Source: Octopus sinensis | Taxonomy: Eukaryota | Reading direction: 5' to 3' | Length of the DNA: 64,000 bases | Assembly (NCBI RefSeq): GCF_006345805.1 | Contig: NC_043009.1 | Location: 58,342,001-58,406,000, forward strand | In this document: positions 38,576 through 53,300 of the stretch, in pieces | How the letters are laid out: every line of letters begins with the position of its first letter | Position numbering within the stretch: the stretch's first letter is position 1 | Translations under genes and position numbers: made by a program | Notes under the pieces: model-generated | The model's input: only the letters and a program-made list of their open reading frames with translations | The model's database searches: none | What the model was told of the DNA's origin: nothing

Positions 38576-38869
38576 ATATATATGTGTTGTGTGTGTGTGT
38601 GTGTGTATGTGTATGTATGTATGTATATATATATACCCATTTATCTTGAGTATCCTTGCTAACTTTGAATCCTTGTTTGCGTATTATACAGTCGGCGTTC
38701 TTCTTCTCCTGGTACAACACTCTTAAATTAGAGAGTTTGTTTACCAAGAACATCATTCTTCGAAAACACTTTTGTATACAGTCCAAGATGGGCGTACAAT
38801 ATACTTCTTTAAAGAACAGAGAATTTGTTCCTTTCTCAAAGTATGAATATTAAAGAATGTTTTTAAAAT

Positions 38870-38882
38870 GACGATGATGATG

Positions 38883-38939
<57 letters not shown>

Positions 38940-38946
38940 GTAATAG

Positions 38947-38981
<35 letters not shown>

Positions 38982-39069
38982 AAATAATAATAATGATGAT
39001 GATGATGATGATGATGATGAAAATGATGATGATGATGGTGATGATGACGACGACGACGACGGCGACGAC

Positions 39070-39126
<57 letters not shown>

Positions 39127-39235
39127 GGTGATGATGGTGATGGTGGTGGTGGTGGTGGTGGTGACGACGACGACGATGATGACGATGACGATGACGATGA
39201 TGATGATGATGATGATGATGATGATAATAATTTCA
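38870..39235. repeat. (TAA)n/(TTA)n/(GAT)n compound microsatellite
   Basis: Directly visible. Confidence 0.95.
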
Positions 39236-39244
39236 AGTTTTAGC

Positions 39245-39395
39245 TCAAGGTCAGCAATTTCGGGCGAGGAACAGTTCGATTAACTCGACCCCAGGGCTCA
39301 GCTTAATTTCATCGGCCTCGAAAGTATGACAGGCAAAGTCGAACTTGGCGGAATTCGAATTCAGAACGTAAAGATGGACAAAATGCTGATAAAGT
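39245..39395 (-). mobile_element. SINE family A, degenerate
   Basis: Reverse complement of core. Confidence 0.7.
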
Positions 39396-40549
39396 AAATG
39401 ACGGTGATGATGAAGAGGAGGATGGCGATAATATTGAGAGCTATGGTACATGCATCGCGAAAATAAATATAAATTGTGTAGACATTATTAATTCCGGTAA
39501 AAGTATTTCTTCACTGACAGCGAATATATCCTTTACAGCTGCCTGAAATAAGATGCATTTCATATCAGCTGAACAAGAAGTTGACGGAAAATTAAACAAA
39601 AAAAAAAGGCAAAAAAGAAATTGGTAAGGCATTTAGATTAGTTTGAAACAATTCATATAAGAAGTATGCATATATTTAAGAGAACCTCTCTTAAAAACCA
39701 ACGTAGATCAAGGCAAGCTATGAGAAATGATCAAAGGACGATAAAAAGCAAATCGTAGCGTTCTGGTACTGAATTCCATTACCTAGTTAAATACTTTCCT
39801 ATATGCTTGCATACTATAGGTAGTTCCTCAGGTTGATTGCAGATTAACCGGGAGAAAATTCACTGTAATATCAGCAATAATGTTTTATGCCGCATGTTAT
39901 ACCAGGATCACACATTGCAAACCAAACTATATTATTCCAGCCATTAAGGAACTAATCTCTTCCTCGCCATTCTTCCTCAACGATACTAAAAGCAACGGTA
40001 TGTATTGTACCTCAACTGATTATTCAAAGACATTGGTGTCTTTGAAGTGATATGGGAAAAAATCGGAAGAATTCGACGCTTTTTTTGATGGATGAAGAGA
40101 AGTACACATAAAATTCTAAATACATAGTTATTTGCTTCCCAGTTGGGAAACAAAAGCTAATACGTTAACGAAATTGCTTAGCAGTTCAATATAAAAAGTG
40201 CAGTGATAATTTCAAAAGATTAAGAACTAATCACACAGGAAAATGTATTTTCATGTCCTACAGGAAATCTGATCACTTATTACAGTGAAGGTGACAGATA
40301 TTGATTTGTTTCGGTCTTATTATATCTCATCAGCGAAGTTTAAGCTTCTGAATTCTGTTTTTGTCTTTTGAAATATTTAAGTGAAAGTGTTATGAGGAAA
40401 TTTGTCCGGTATAATTTGGATAAATCCCAAAAGTGTGCCAAAGAAAATAAGTGAAATATTCCAGTGGTTTGATTTTAACGACTTAAGATACAGGCTGCGT
40501 ACTGAATCATTTACTTCCCAAACAACGATGTATGCATGCATATATACAT

Positions 40550-40876
40550 GCATGGCTCAGTGGTTAGAGTATCGAACTTATGATCATGAGGTGGTGCGTT
40601 CGATTCCCGGGCCGGGCTGCGTGTTGTGTTCTTGAGCAAGACACTATATTTCACGTTGCCCCAGTTCGTTCAGCTGTAGAAAGAGTTCCAACATCACCGG
40701 TGTCAAGCTGTATCGACCTTTGCCTTTCCTTCCGATAACATCAGTGGCGTGGAAAGGGGGGGCTGGTATTCATGGGCGACTGCTGGCCTTCCATAAACAA
40801 CCTTGCCTTGACTTGTGCCTCAGAACGTAACTTTCTAGGTGCAATCCCATGGTCATTCATTACCGAAGGGGGTCTC
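40550..40876 (+). mobile_element. SINE family D
   Basis: Box A TGGCTCAGTGG, box B GTTCGATTCC; colinear with 26783-27117. Confidence 0.88.
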
Positions 40877-40960
40877 CTCCTCACACACATATATATATGT
40901 CACCATGATAGATCGGTAGCCACTACACACATTTTTTCTCTCCACGTTTCTTTCTGTGTT

Positions 40961-40998
40961 TCTTTCTGTGGAAGAGCGTACTCTCGAAACGTAAAAGA
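40961..40998 (+). ncRNA. Degenerate minimal hammerhead motif in a short (TA)n-ended element
   Basis: UCUUU CUGUGGA A GAG-CGUACU-CUC GAA ACGU A AAAGA; 5-bp stem I, palindromic ACGU stem III, A6 changed to U. Confidence 0.5.
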
Positions 40999-41088
40999 CT
41001 TTTTCAATTCCTGAGCGTTATACTAATACATTTGTTTGATTTCTATACCACCTGTCTTTGTCTTTTGTTTTTTTTCGTGAATTCTCCC

Positions 41089-41121
<33 letters not shown>

Positions 41122-41347
41122 GAGTAGGCTAAGTAAGATGACAAGGGGGTAAGTTTACATGAAGTAGCAAATCATGTAAATGCAATGAATGCATATAATT
41201 TATAAGATCTCACACAAATTCAGAAGCTGTTTATCAAAAACTCCATGTGTACGACTGGAACTTTATACTGAATCCCTTGGATTAATTTTCTCTTAATAGC
41301 TTACATACTTAACGTTGTAACATTTGTGTGTCCAAAAAAGCAAGATT

Positions 41348-41879
41348 TACCGTAAATCCACGAGTATAATCCGCCTTTTTTTTTCAAAATTTAACGGTCA
41401 AAATACCTAGTGCGTACTATATACGAGGTTAAAAATGAAAAATGTTTTCTAAGCAATATCCGAGTCTAGGCAATATTTGCTGTCCGGCAATGTTTATTCA
41501 GACGCATTTTGTGATGTCGGGCGTGAAAATACCTTAAGCTAAGCCAGAAAGCAATGAAGTCATAAAAGAATCATCCATTTATTTGCAGTAAGCAACATTT
41601 ATTAAAATAAAATTATTCAGAACACAGAATAACATGTAACAAAAACAATTTGCAAACATGTTTACATTCTCATATAACAGTTAAGAACATCACCATTATT
41701 GTATTACACATGCGCGGAAGTGTTTGTTCGACTAGGTGCTGCTGGCTTAATTACGCACGACTCAAGTTAGAGAAGTAGTGCGTATTATACACAAGGTTTA
41801 GGTTTTTCAGAGGTACAGCCCCCTAAAAATCCCCTGCGTATTATACTCAAAGGCGGACTATACTCGAGGATTTACGGTA
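41348..41879. mobile_element. Non-autonomous Tc2/pogo-like DNA transposon (longer copy)
   Basis: Same TIRs and TA duplication as 30585-30964. Confidence 0.85.
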
Positions 41880-42064
41880 TTTGTTCTCTGCTCCACAAAG
41901 CTGATATGTGGTACACATTTGATGAATTGGAACAATCGTTTCCTAAGGTCCATTTAATAAATTAGGGATCATAAAGGATTTGGTCTATCATGTTTAAATT
42001 CACAGGTTATGTATTTTTAAGCTTCGACGGAGTTCGTTCCTTAAATACAACATTTTGAAGCTCA

Positions 42065-42126
42065 GTGGTGCTTTAATGATGAATCTCGCTACGGGTGCGT
42101 AGCGAGATTCATCATTAAAGCGCCAC
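42065..42126. other. 29-bp hairpin with 4-nt loop
   Basis: GTGGTGCTTTAATGATGAATCTCGCTACG-GGTG-CGTAGCGAGATTCATCATTAAAGCGCCAC (one G-T). Confidence 0.9.
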
Positions 42127-43436
42127 GGATATACACTGCAGAACATTGAGTCCCATTAATCTCAATCAACTTATCATTCTATCATTGATCTCCTAGGTAC
42201 TCGGCAGTTCGTATATCAAGGGCGACAACAGGGATGATATCAGGCATTGAACTTTAATTCTACAATCTGTATTTCAATTAACTTCGTTGACCTTAAAATC
42301 CCTTCCACACCACTCACCTTTGATTAGTCCAAATGAATGTCACGCTGATTAATACCCTTTCATTCCTGAGCATTTAAAATCGCTTCATCATCTACTTCAT
42401 TAATTGTCTTTAATTAGATTAATTAATTTAATCATGTTTTTACCAACATACATCGCTTCTTATTTAACCCCTCTTTTCACTATTCCATTTCAACAATATT
42501 TTCAATTTCCTTCACAAATTTATTAGTTGTCGCCCTTTTCAATTAATCCCCTTCACTCGTTCTCAACTTAATTTAACTTCCTTATTAATGAACCTTTCCT
42601 CTTGAACTATTTATTGTTGTCTTAATGTTTACTATGATGGCTGCACAAACATGGCCTGATCCATCAAAATAAGAAGTTGTATTGATATGCCATCCTGAAT
42701 TTTGACTTTTTTCTTTGTTGATTTGGTTGGGTTGACATATCTTCGCTGCTTGATTACTCACTATGGATATACCCGGATAATCGGGGCAAGAACGGTGTTT
42801 CAGCTGAAAATCTGCTACGAAATTTCAAGCTTTACACGTAGGTTAGAAACGATTCTATATATTGAAAATGTTTCCCCTCCGCGCGCAATTTCCAACGTAA
42901 CCACACACAAACACACTCACACACGGACGAACACATGACTCACATATAACTCTGTAATTAAGAGGTCCGCATTTTAAACATGTGGACTCAGGTTCAATCA
43001 CAAAGCACGGTAGCTTGGAGAAGTATGTGCTACCTCAAACTGCACTAAATAAATGCCATTTAAGTGAAGTTGGGAGAGGAAACTTTCTTGAAGTCCATCG
43101 GATATATAGAGCCGAGACTTACCATTGAAACAAACATCATTCTTTCGTATTTTACAAATATTTTCTTTTATTTCTCAACATTTTTTATTCTCTCTCTCTC
43201 TCTCTCTCTTCCTTTTTTTTTCTTCCTTCAGAAAAGGTGTCAAAAGAAACTTCAGATTGTCTTCTGTTTCTTCTTTTGCGTTATAAAGCTTCAACGTATG
43301 TTTCTTTGTAGATTTTTCGCTTCTATTTCCTCGCTTTTCATATGCTTCCGCTTGACTCATTCCGCGTTGCATATTTTATGTTTGTTTTCTCTTTGTCTCT
43401 TATCGTTGTCATGCTATTTTTGTAATAATCTATCGA

Positions 43437-43475
<39 letters not shown>

Positions 43476-44436
43476 TTGTGCTTATGTATTTGTATGTGTG
43501 TGTGTGCATCTATACGCACACACATAGACAAACTATTAGACTTAAATCAATTCGTATTGAGTAATATGGATGACAAGTTGACACACCAAGAGACAGCAGT
43601 TCACTTCATCTTCGCAAGAGTTATTCACCGAAATATCAGTAGTGTACAAACCTTACACCATATATTTTCGACCCCTCTTCTACATATGTGAAAGCTCCGC
43701 AAGAAATCGACAGGAAACATGTGACATCTAGAATCGTTTCTGTGGTAAATATATACAAAGTAAAGAGTACCCGTGTACGCGTTTCATAGTTATTACGTAA
43801 AATAGAAATTTTTTTCTCCTATTGAATGGACTAAGCTGACACACATCAGATATCACTTCCTGTTTTGAGGAAACATTCAAGGCTGATAAATTATATAAAC
43901 GTGCGTAAGAAACGCTAAATAAATATTCTTTTTCGTTCAAGGATTCGCTAATACATCTGGTGGACACTAAATTCATAATTATGTTATTCTACCGAAATTA
44001 TTCTATCGAAATTATTCTCAGTTTGCTTATATATTTCATTAAAACATTGATTTCAAGAGAATAACATTACCGAAGATAATCCTTATTATCTCGTTATCTA
44101 CATTATCGTCACACGCCCCCCATTTACATAAGCAATTCCCGCTCCTGCCGCCATTTCTTCCTATTCATCATTGCTACTCTTACCGAATTTTCCTGCATTA
44201 TTTTCTATGTTATTCTTAGATGGAACCAAATTTCTAATACGCAAATGATAAATCACTTTATATTCAAAACATTCCTTTCGTTAATTGTATTCTTGAAAAT
44301 CGTATACACAAATACACACATGCGTACAAAGCGATATATATATACACACTCAGAGAGAGAAGTGTCACTTCAATCTAGACGTCCATTACCGAAACACACA
44401 CCACACACACCACACACCAGACAACACACCACATAT

Positions 44437-44540
<104 letters not shown>

Positions 44541-46158
44541 ATATATATATATTATATATATATTTACAAGTATCTATATTTATATCGGCATATATGAGTC
44601 TATATTACATAATTTCTGAGGTGTCAGTTCACATTATATATTCCTGTGTGTATCACCATTTATATCTCGCCCTCTGAATATCTATATCTCTCTTCCTCTC
44701 AAGAAACACACTCATACTTAGAAGAATGTGCATACATACATACATACGTACAAACATATATCTACATACACACACACTAACATACATGCATACATACTAA
44801 ATACATACATACATACTTACATACATGCATACATACATACATACATACATACATAAATACATACATACATACATACCTACATACATACATATATGTATAT
44901 GCCTGTGTATATATATATATGATTGCGTGTGTCTCTATCTGTATTTATAGCTGTGTTAGAAATACAGTAAATATTATCAATCATGTTGTCAATTTGCTGT
45001 CAAATTATTCTACAAGAATTCATTTCCCGATAAAACAAATAGACAAACGTACAGACACACTGACACACACACACCACACACACACACACACACACATAGA
45101 CACACACACGCACAAACACATTCACACTCACACACAGGTACACAGGAATGCACAACTAAAGAAAGAATCTCAATCATATATATGAAAAAATATATATATC
45201 TGTGTGTGGATATAGACACACGCACACACACACACGCACACATATATATATATATATGTACATATACATATTTAACCTATATATATGTATATATATACGC
45301 ATGTATATATATATGTATATATACACACACACACACTCACACATATATATGTTCATTTATCTACCTGTCTGTCTATGTAGCTATATTTCAAAGCATAAGT
45401 GTGCACGCGTGTGCATGAAGGAATTTAGCCTATATATATATATATATATATACATATGATGTACGTGTGCATGTATGCTTGTGTATATCCTCATATTCTT
45501 ACATAATAGAAAGTGTTGTTTAACCGGTTTAATCTAAGACGCACCGGCTACAGTTAGAATCGTTTGGTGCTAAAAATCGTTTCATATGCGACTAGAAGAA
45601 TAATTGTAATAATAAATTGTAAGAATAAATGTAATAATAAAAACTCGGATTGTTGGAAGAGCGATTTATCGAAACGTGCATAATAATACAGAAAAATTCT
45701 CACCATATTTACGAATCCACATGCAGACACAAAGTGTTATATATATATATATAGGAAATGAAAGACGGAAGATGAAATATACGAGAATTAATTATTAATC
45801 ACGGCAATGGCTGGGATTCTCAGTAACTGGTTAAAATAAACAGTCTTGCAGTGAACCATCCTCGTTTTGTAGAAAGAAATGGAGCCAGACGGAGGAAATA
45901 TCTTCATTTCTAGAGAAGATCAAAATTAAATCACAGATCACAAAACGAGAAGACAAACACGCAATCCAGCGAAGAAAGTATTAAAGGTGGTCGTTAACAA
46001 ATATGGATGTAGAAACGACCTCGGGCAAGCTGCATGAAGTGAGTACACACGCTCACACATGCATCCGCACACGTGAGGTTTGGTGCACTCGTGATCACAA
46101 AGCAAGTGTTTGCGCGTGTGTCAGTGTGAGTGTGCGTTTGTACGCGTGTGTTTATACG

Positions 46159-46206
<48 letters not shown>

Positions 46207-46321
46207 CATACATACATATATATATTATATAATATATATATATATATATAATATATATATATATATATTATATATATATGAATAAAAATGGAGTTAACGC
46301 AGGTTTAAACAAGTATTTTTA

Positions 46322-46404
46322 CTCTCTACATATGTTTCGAAAATTCCACTGATACTATTCAAAAGAATAAAAGGTATAAACAATGCAATCTTCTCTTCGG
46401 AAAG
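46322..46404 (-). ncRNA. Degenerate hammerhead motif with a long stem II loop
   Basis: Minus strand CUUUC C-GAAGA GAAGAUU-[~41 nt]-AAUUUUC GAA ACAUAUGU A GAGAG; U4 missing. Confidence 0.45.
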
Positions 46405-46504
46405 TGAAAAAACTATTTTTTATTTATCCCTGTTAATTGTTAACAAGGTAAAATACACTCATCTATTTATATATATATATATATATATCTATATCTATAT
46501 ATAG

Positions 46505-46537
<33 letters not shown>

Positions 46538-46549
46538 GTATGTATGTAT

Positions 46550-46584
<35 letters not shown>

Positions 46585-46723
46585 GACAGACATAGCTATA
46601 GATATAGATACATATGGCTATATATATAAATGTGAATACATAGACATATATATATATATGTGCATATATAGATGGAAATATATATCAACATATATACATA
46701 TACATACATGCATGCATACATAT

Positions 46724-46756
<33 letters not shown>

Positions 46757-47091
46757 TATTTATATATGTTGATTGACTGTGTGACTGTGAGTATATGTAC
46801 ATGTGTATATTCGTGCCTGTATGTGTTTCGGCTATACTGATTCATACATGCATACATACATACATACATACATGCATACATACATACATACATACAGACA
46901 TACATACATACATACATACATACATACATACATACGTACATACATACATACATACATATATATATATACATATATATGTATATATGTATACATATACATA
47001 AATATATATTATGAATTTATATATGTATATACATATATATACACACATATCTATCTCTCTGTCTATCTATCTATGTATCTATCTATCTATC

Positions 47092-47191
47092 NNNNNNNNN
47101 NNNNNNNNNNNNNNNNNNNNNNNNNNNNNNNNNNNNNNNNNNNNNNNNNNNNNNNNNNNNNNNNNNNNNNNNNNNNNNNNNNNNNNNNNNN
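47092..47191. other. Assembly gap (100 N)
   Basis: Directly visible. Confidence 1.
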
Positions 47192-47296
47192 TATAGACAC
47201 ATATATATATATATATACATAGATACATACACAAGCATACACATATACATACATATACATGCACACATGCACGCACACATTCATATATATCTATAC

Positions 47297-47528
47297 AAGG
47301 CGGCAAGCTGTCAGAAACGTTAGCATGCGGGTGAAATGCGTAGCCGTATTTCGTCTGCCGTTACGTTCTGTGTTCAAATGCCGCCGAGGTCGACTTTGCC
47401 TTTCATCCTTTCAGGATCGATTAAATAAGTACCAGTTACGCACTGGGGTCGATGTAATCGACTTAATCTCTTTGTCTGTCCTTGTTTGTCCCCTCTATGT
47501 TTAGCCCTTTGTGGGTAGAAAAGAAATA
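47297..47528 (+). mobile_element. SINE family A, full length
   Basis: Head, core and tail all present. Confidence 0.88.
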
Positions 47529-47789
47529 TATATATCTATACAATCAATCCAAACATGAACAAGAAAGAAAAAACAACAACGCGAGGACGTGGAATAAGTA
47601 TAGTGTTATTGGACGCTCAGGAACGGAAAGAAAAGAAAGAGGACTTCACCTTTCGAGCAGAGCTCTTTATCAGGAATATAGAAAAACGGAATACTGAGAA
47701 AGAAAATGGCCAAAGATACACATGCGGTCATCCGCCACGGAGACTGGGAAAGCAGGCCCATGAGCTTGGCTTGGCTTTAAAAGGGCGAA

Positions 47790-48095
47790 GAGGCGCAATG
47801 GCTCAGTGGTTAGGGCAGCGGACTCGCGGTCGGATGATCGCGGTTTCGATTCCCAGACCGGGCATTGTGTGTGTTTATTGAGCGAAAACACCTAAAACTC
47901 CACGAGACTCCGGCAGGGGTGGTGGCGATCCCTGTTGTACTCTTTCGCCCGAACTTTCTCTTACTCTCTCTTCCTGTTTCTTGAGTAACGCTGCGATGGA
48001 CTGGCGTCACGTCCAGCTTGGGCGAACACATACGCCACAGAAACAGGGAACCGTGCCCATGAGCCTGGCTAATCTCGAAAACAGCGCATAAATAA
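47790..48095 (+). mobile_element. SINE family C, tail type 2
   Basis: Same head and body as 25450-25807 with a different 3' portion. Confidence 0.85.
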
Positions 48096-48659
48096 ATAAA
48101 TATATATATATATAATATGGGTGTCTGTATGCGCGCGCGTGTGTATGTGTGTGTACCTCATACCTGTATGTGCATGTATGAGTCTGTATGTGTGTGTGAG
48201 TGTGTGTGTGTGTACGTATTTGTTATGAAAGCCCTTTCACTCAGAGTTGATATTGTCTCTATAATGGGCACTATTTATCGCATGTATCCTGCATTTGAGA
48301 CATTTGATAAAGGCTATAGCAATTAGAACAGACTTGACAGCTATTTCCAGCACGACCAATAGCCATGTAGAAACTCTCTTGCTGAAACACCGAGAGCTCT
48401 TCACATACATTGAACATGTCCTGTATGGGGAAAATAATATCATAGAAATATCTATTCCTCACCTTCTTTACCTCCCCCTCTCTCATTCTCCTCCAGCTCC
48501 CCCTCTCTTTCTCTGTTTCTATACTGGTGATGGAAGAGCGTGCATATATATGGATATACTTACGCAATCTCAATTATAATAAATATATTTACGTAATTCG
48601 AACTGCATCGCTTCATACCAGCTCTTATGTAAGAATGCATGCAGGTATGTATATAACTG

Positions 48660-48713
<54 letters not shown>

Positions 48714-49499
48714 TTGTGTGTGTGTCTACATGTATGCATATATATATGCATACACATATATATATACATACACACACACACACAAATATATATATATACA
48801 TGCACACACAACACGCACACACAAAGAGAAACACATTTACACAGATATATGTAAAGGTATATATGCCAATAGGCATTAGTTATATATATATAATATATAT
48901 ATATATATATGTAATATATATATATATATGTATGTATGTATGTATTATAACTATATATGTATAAATATTATATAAATATATGTATATATTAGATATATAC
49001 ATATATATATATACATGTATATGTACATAGTTATATGTACGTATTCATATTAACGTGTAGACACAAACACCAACACATACGCACACGCACACATACATAC
49101 CAAACTTTGTCCCTGAACTGATGCGTGCTTCCAGCGAGGTGACCGTTAATATAATTTACGTTGAATACTCTTTCCAGCATTAATGGCACAACTATCAGCC
49201 GTGCTAAATAACAGGTTATTCTTCTGATAGCATTCGACGAAGAAACCTTTTTATCCACGAACCTTGTGATATTCGTCTCAGAATTGAATTTTCCATGCAC
49301 CGATTCGTTGCAAAACAACATGGCTAGATACGAAAGAAGAATCGAAGAAAAACAGTATCGGACATATAAACCGAATCTTATTTAGTCGTAGATTCTCGAA
49401 GAATCGACTCTGTAATGTATCTCTTTCTTGGTGTCATGAACTCAATAATGACTTACGTAATTGCTAGAAAATAGTGAAAAAAAAGAGATAGAAAATAAT

Positions 49500-49502
49500 A
49501 GC

Positions 49503-49546
<44 letters not shown>

Positions 49547-49680
49547 TAATATAATAATAATAATAATAATAATAATAAAATAATAAATAATATAATAATA
49601 ATAATAATATAATAGTAATAGTAATAATAATAATATAATAAAATGATAATAACAATAATAATAATAATAATAATAATAGT
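49500..49680. repeat. (TAA)n microsatellite
   Basis: Directly visible. Confidence 0.95.
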
Positions 49681-50325
49681 AATGACATTCCTCTGTTGGC
49701 TATCTCAACAAATCCAAAATACGCTGCGATGTACATCACCCAGAACTAAATTATTTTTCGACAAAGTAAATACGCCAAAAGCTATATTTTTGGGAAAGGT
49801 GGAACAGTGATCATTGTAATTTTATTCTCAAAAGTTTGAACGATACACAAGTAATACTGAACTAAACATATTCCTACAAAAAAAAAACAAAAAAAACCAT
49901 AAAAACAGACATACGCATCTGCGTGTGCTGAAGAATCTCGTTTGGCAGCCAAGTTTTGCAACACTGTATGTTCGAGTGCTTTTCTACAACACTACAACTT
50001 GGGAAAGTGTCTCCTACAATAACCCAGACCATCCAATATTTTGGTAGTAATCTAGGCAGATGGACACTGTATGTATGTATGTATGTATGTATGTATGTAT
50101 GTATTGTATGTATGTATGTATGTATGTATATATAAATACTAAATATATATATATAATAACTAAATATTAGGAATAAATCCAAATTACAGGGAAAAATCAG
50201 ATTTAGGATTAAATCGATTTTATAGTAAAATATTAAAAATATATTCGAGACAAAACCCTATTTTGCAAAACAAACAAGGAAAGACTTAATCAATACATAA
50301 TTTTAATAAATAGTCAAAAAAACCG

Positions 50326-50368
50326 CCACTACAATCGTTTCTTGTCTTGATCGACAATCTTCAGGTGG
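50326..50368 (-). ncRNA. Minimal type I hammerhead ribozyme motif at the left end of the foldback
   Basis: Minus strand CCAC CUGAAGA UUGUC-GAUCAA-GACAA GAA ACGAUUGU A GUGG. Confidence 0.75.
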
Positions 50369-53300
50369 ACTTCCAATCTAAAAAATCAATATTTTAAATA
50401 AAATAAAATTTTAATAATATTAAAGTATGAATGAAAAAATATAAGTATATAATCCATTATAACCTATCTATAATCCATATATAATCAATATAACAATATA
50501 TAAACTAAAAAAACCTATCACAATTAAATATAAAATATAAAATATAAAATATAAAACAAAAAAAAACAATATACTATATATATATAATAATATATAATAT
50601 TAAACTATATATACACCCATACTCATATACCTAATTATAATAACCATATCTAATACATACACTAATCACACACCTATATATATATCCCTATACATACACA
50701 TAAAAATGTCTAGGCAACTATAAATAAATAAAATAGCTAAATACTCAACACAATACTTATTCAATACTCCCACACACACACACATACAACCCACATTCAC
50801 GCTCTAGAAAATGGACATCCTCAAAACTATGAACGGAAGAAAGAAATAGAATAAATGGAATTAAAAATTATATTCACTTGGTAAAACGAACACTACTTAA
50901 AAAGTATGAATGAAACAATGCAATAAAACAACAGACATCGCAAATAGACACAAATTACTACAAATTCCTTATCAAACCTACCATGATAACCAAAACTCAT
51001 AAAAACATATAATGATAAAATCTCCTTTACTAAACTCTATAACAAACCTATATAGCAATCCCCTAACCTAAAATTTCACACAAATACACACACGTTAAAC
51101 CACACACCCACGACATATACAAATACCCACACCACATACACATACCAATACATACATATAACCTCAACTATACTCCAAAAAAAACCAACTCAACCCCAAC
51201 AGACAAATAACACAAAAATTATAATGGATTCTTTTATAAAACTACCATGATAAGCTAAAAACTCACAAAACAGAAATTATAAACTCCCTTACTAAACACT
51301 AAAACATACTTATATAGCAATTCCTTTAACCTATACATTCACACACAAAACCACTCGTAAACCACACACCCATAACAAAATACAAACTCCCACCCCACTC
51401 ACACACACCCACAAGTACATATACCTCAATATATACACCAAACAAAATACTTTACCAAGTAACTTAACATATATATAAAAAGTATAAAACGCTCTGGAAA
51501 CGAACATCTCTAAATTATGAATGGAGAAATGGGAATAAATGGAATTAAAAAATAAATTCACGTGCAAAACGAACACCACTCAAAATTATGAATGAAAACA
51601 ATAAATTAAACAACCAACATCGAAAAAAGACCAAAACTACGAATTCTCTAAAAAAACCATGATAAACCAAACTCTTAAAAACATATAACGAAAAAATCTC
51701 CCTATGCTAAACTCTATAACAAACACTTATGTAATCCCCCTAACCTAAACATTCACACACAAACACACACGTAAACCACACCCCACGACTTATACACATA
51801 CCTAAACTAACTTATAAACCTCCATATACACCAAACCCACTCCCTCCCACACAGACAAATTAACTCATACATCCAAAAACCTAAATAACAAACCCATATA
51901 CACATTCACACACTAACACACATACACGCAAACACACCACACACAACAGATACATATACTCCCTCACATATACGCAAATACATACTCACTAAACTCAATA
52001 TATACAACAATATTTACACACCCACACTCATACAGATAAATAAATTATACAACTAAAAAACTCGCACACAAATCTCATATACATAAACCTCCTATGAAAA
52101 CAACATTAAATACATCTTAATTAACCAGAATATCAAAAATAACAATATGACATAAAGGTAAATAAAATACATACTTACAATTCAGTGTCAATTATGAAGT
52201 GAAATTAAATTCTTAGCCGTTAAAAAATCAAACAAAATTACGTTACCATAGAAATAACTTATGTAAAAAAAGACTAACAAACAACTTGCAGTAACCCAAT
52301 CCCATCTCTATGCCTACCTCACTACTACACTATTCCATTCACAATTCCAAAAACACTAGTCCACCTCCCGGTTATTCACGTGGCAAAACGAACACCACTC
52401 AAAAATTATGAATGAAACAATGTAATAAAAACAAACAACATCGAAAATAGATAAATTACCACGAATTCCCTAAAAAAACCATGATAAACCAAAATCCTAA
52501 AAACATATAACGATAAATCTCCCTTTGCTAAACTCTATAACAAACCTATATAGCAATCTCCCTAAACCTAAACATTCACACACAAATACACACTCGTAAA
52601 CCACAGACCCACGACTTATACACATACCTATACTAACTTATAAAACTCAATATACACCAAACCCCACTCCCTCCCACACAGACAAATTAACACATACATC
52701 CCAAAAACCTAAATAACAAACCCATATACACATTCACACACAAACACACACACACGCAAAAACACACACACACAACAGATACATATACTCCTCACATATA
52801 CGCATATACATACTCACTAAACTCGATATATACAACAATATTTACACACCCACACTCATACAGATAAATAAATTATTACAACTAAAACTCGCACACAATC
52901 TCATATACATAAACACACCTATGAAAACAACAATTAAATACATAGTAATTAACCAGAATATCAAAAATAACAATATGACATAAGGATAAATAAAATACAT
53001 ACTTACAATTCAGTGGCAAATTATGAAGTGAAATTAAATTCTTAGCCGTTAAAAAAATTAAACCAAAATTACGTTACCATAGAAATAAACTTATGTAAAA
53101 AAAGAATACGCGTCCATGGAAAGTAACGTCATTAAATTATGAATGGAGAAATAGAAAAATGGAACTAAAAACTATATCCACGTTGCAAACCAACACTACT
53201 TAAAAAAATTTATTATGAATGGATTCTTTAAAAAACTACCATGAAAAATCATTATATACATCTATGAGCTTTAGCTCACCTTAGCAGCTCTAACCAAAAC

